NCBI GenBank assembly: GCA_037189525.1
Contig: JBBCJC010000001.1
Location: 224,001-288,000, forward strand
Length of the DNA stretch: 64,000 bases
DNA from: Gemmatimonadales bacterium
GTDB taxonomy: Bacteria; Gemmatimonadota; Gemmatimonadetes; Gemmatimonadales; GWC2-71-9
Direction of reading: 5' to 3'
Shown: one piece after another, positions 62,090 through 64,000 of the stretch
How the letters are laid out: every line of letters starts with the position of its first letter
Numbering within the stretch: the stretch's first letter is position 1
Program-made: the position numbers and the translations under genes
Notes under the pieces: generated by a model
Database searches by the model: none
Told to the model about the DNA's origin: nothing
Seen by the model: only the letters and a program-made list of their open reading frames with translations

Positions 62090-63154
62090 ATGGCGAGCCA
62101 TTCTCAATTCAGCCTGGTTCTGAGCGGCGGCGGTCTCAAGGGGCTGGCCCATGTGGGCGTCCTCCGGGCCCTGGAGGAACGCGGCCTCGAACCGTCGGTC
62201 GTGGTCGGCTGCAGCATCGGCGCCTTGATCGCGGCCGCCTGGGCAACCGGCATGTCGGTCCGGGAAATGGAAGATCGTGCGCTGGCCGTCAAACGGTCCG
62301 ACATCTTCCGCGTCGCGCACTTCGACATGGCCTTCAAACGGATGCGATCACCGGCGGTCTATCGGGCCGATCCGCTCGATTCGCTGATCACCTCGATCGT
62401 GGGCGACCGGACTTTTGCCGACCTGCCACGGCGCCTGGTGATCAACACCGTGGACATCAACACCGGCAATCAGCTGCTCTGGGGGCTCCCGGGGCTCACC
62501 GACGCGAAAGTGGCCGACGCCGTCTTCGCTTCCTGCGCACTGCCGGGCATCCTTCCTCCGCGCACCATCAACGGGCATGTCTGTGTCGACGGCGCCGTGA
62601 TCGAGAATCTGCCGGTCCGCGCCTCGCTGGGCCTCTGCCAGGGACCGATCATTGCCGTCGATGTCGGCGGGAGCGGAGGACAGCGCCGGGCCGTCGAGCG
62701 CCAGGGCTTTGCGTCGACCTACGCGCGGGGACTCGAGCTGGTGATGAACACCCTCTCGGCGGAGCTGCTGCGCGCCTGGCACAATCCGCCCGTCGTGATC
62801 GTCCGGCCCCGGGTCGAGCGGATTCCGATGTTTGCGTTCAATCGGACGCCCTACCTGATCGCGGAGGGATTCCAGGCCCTGCACACGACCCTGGAAAGCC
62901 TGCCCCGAGCCATGGAGGACTTGCCGCCCGGGATTCATCCGCAGCGCGAAGTGGTGTTGTCCATCGATGACGACGCCTGCGTCGCGTGCGGCGTCTGCTA
63001 TTCCCGCCAGCCTCACGTCTTCCGCCGAAAACCCGACGGCCACGCGGAGGTCAAGGTGCCTCGGCATTGGTGGTCGCCGCTCGACGACCGGATCCTGCGC
63101 GCCTGCCCGACCGGCGCGATCAAGGCCGAGCAGCGCTGGCCCCTGCCCGACTGA
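62090..63154 (+). CDS. Patatin-like phospholipase fused to a C-terminal ferredoxin domain
   Basis: Patatin motifs SGGGLKG, GCSIG (GxSxG), DGA. C-terminal IDDDACVACGVC...ACPTGAI. Confidence 0.88.
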   Translation: MASHSQFSLVLSGGGLKGLAHVGVLRALEERGLEPSVVVGCSIGALIAAAWATGMSVREMEDRALAVKRSDIFRVAHFDMAFKRMRSPAVYRADPLDSLITSIVGDRTFADLPRRLVINTVDINTGNQLLWGLPGLTDAKVADAVFASCALPGILPPRTINGHVCVDGAVIENLPVRASLGLCQGPIIAVDVGGSGGQRRAVERQGFASTYARGLELVMNTLSAELLRAWHNPPVVIVRPRVERIPMFAFNRTPYLIAEGFQALHTTLESLPRAMEDLPPGIHPQREVVLSIDDDACVACGVCYSRQPHVFRRKPDGHAEVKVPRHWWSPLDDRILRACPTGAIKAEQRWPLPD

Positions 63155-64000
63155 GATCGCGGAGCAGCGCCACGGTCCGATCCCAGTTCCGTTCGGATTC
63201 CGCCCAGGCACGGCCGGCCATACCGAACCGGTTTGCCAGACCCGGATCGTCGAGGAGGCGGCCGATCGCATCGACGACGGCCGGCAGGTCGCGCGGCGGG
63301 ACCCGGAAACCGGTTTCGTCGTGGCGTACCGCTTCGGCGGTACCACCGCTGGCGCCGGCCACGACGGGAATGCCCGCCCCCGCGGCATCCATCAGCGCAA
63401 TCCCGAATCCCTCGATATCGAGCCCTTCCGCGCGCGAGAGCCCGGCATATAGCGTCGCCGCTCGGTAGGCAGCCGGCAGTTCGTCATCGGTTACCCGGTC
63501 GAGCCAGACGACCCGATCGGCCACTCCTCTCGCCACCGCGAGTTCCCGAAGCCGCGGGCCATCGCTACCACGACCCACGACCAGATAGCGCACATCGGCG
63601 TATGCCGGCCCGAGCAGCGCGAGCGCTTCGATTACCGAATCGATGCCTTTATGTGGCACTAGCCGCGCAACCGTCAGGAGGTACCGCCCCGCCGTCAGAC
63701 CATGACGAACCAGGAACGGCACTGGATCGACCTCGGGCCGGAAGCGGGCCACGTCGGTGCCGAGGGGGACGACCCGGATCCGGCCATCGGCGGGTACGCG
63801 GAGTTCGTCGAGCACCTTACCCGCAAGCTCCGCAGTCCAGCGGCTGTTGGCCGCGAGGACCGAGGCACCACCCAACAGGGCCCGGGCGCTCAGGGCTTTG
63901 AGCCGAGAGCGCCGGTACTTGGCCTGAAGCTGGAGCAGGTCGCCGCCGTGCACCATGATGCCGTAGGAAATGCCATCCCGCCGCCGCACTTCCCGCGCAA
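63120..64000 (-). CDS. GT4 glycosyltransferase (PimB-like), 5' end outside the window
   Basis: Frame is open to the window end. Motifs TVARLVPHKG, EGFGIALMDA, SGGTAEAV. Confidence 0.88.
   Translation of the reverse strand, partial: AREVRRRDGISYGIMVHGGDLLQLQAKYRRSRLKALSARALLGGASVLAANSRWTAELAGKVLDELRVPADGRIRVVPLGTDVARFRPEVDPVPFLVRHGLTAGRYLLTVARLVPHKGIDSVIEALALLGPAYADVRYLVVGRGSDGPRLRELAVARGVADRVVWLDRVTDDELPAAYRAATLYAGLSRAEGLDIEGFGIALMDAAGAGIPVVAGASGGTAEAVRHDETGFRVPPRDLPAVVDAIGRLLDDPGLANRFGMAGRAWAESERNWDRTVALLRDLSRAGASAARP

Overview
High-GC bacterial chromosomal window. The gene style is suggestive of Gemmatimonadota, but that is inference only. About the first 46 kb is one large cell-surface biosynthesis island. 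It opens with a 5'-truncated NRPS (A-T-C-A-T, with a luciferase-like monooxygenase inserted in a Gly-type A domain) and a thioesterase-less PKS of unusual order (KS-AT-KR-DH, an NRPS-like A-subdomain remnant, then a carrier). These are tightly coupled to an alpha/beta-hydrolase pair and an SGNH protein. Next come glycosyltransferases, a carbamoyltransferase with SxtJ/SxtK-like partners, a GT2/GT-C pair, FemAB-like proteins, an AT3 acyltransferase, Wzx, a Wzy/ligase-like protein and two polysaccharide deacetylases. Two tandem giant Ig-repeat lipoproteins and an operon led by a TonB-receptor-like gene complete the island. Several sigma-54-type promoter motifs lie in the island, and a GAFTGA-containing two-component activator is encoded next to it. 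The last ~13 kb is mostly housekeeping (asnB-like, HNH, amidohydrolase, PBP1A, tyrS, mscL, DUF853 ATPase, class V aminotransferase) plus a patatin-ferredoxin fusion and a partial GT4. The main hypothesis is that the NRPS-PKS makes an acyl/peptidyl unit that is transferred onto a surface glycan rather than released as a free metabolite. No rRNA, tRNA, CRISPR array or transposase was recognised.
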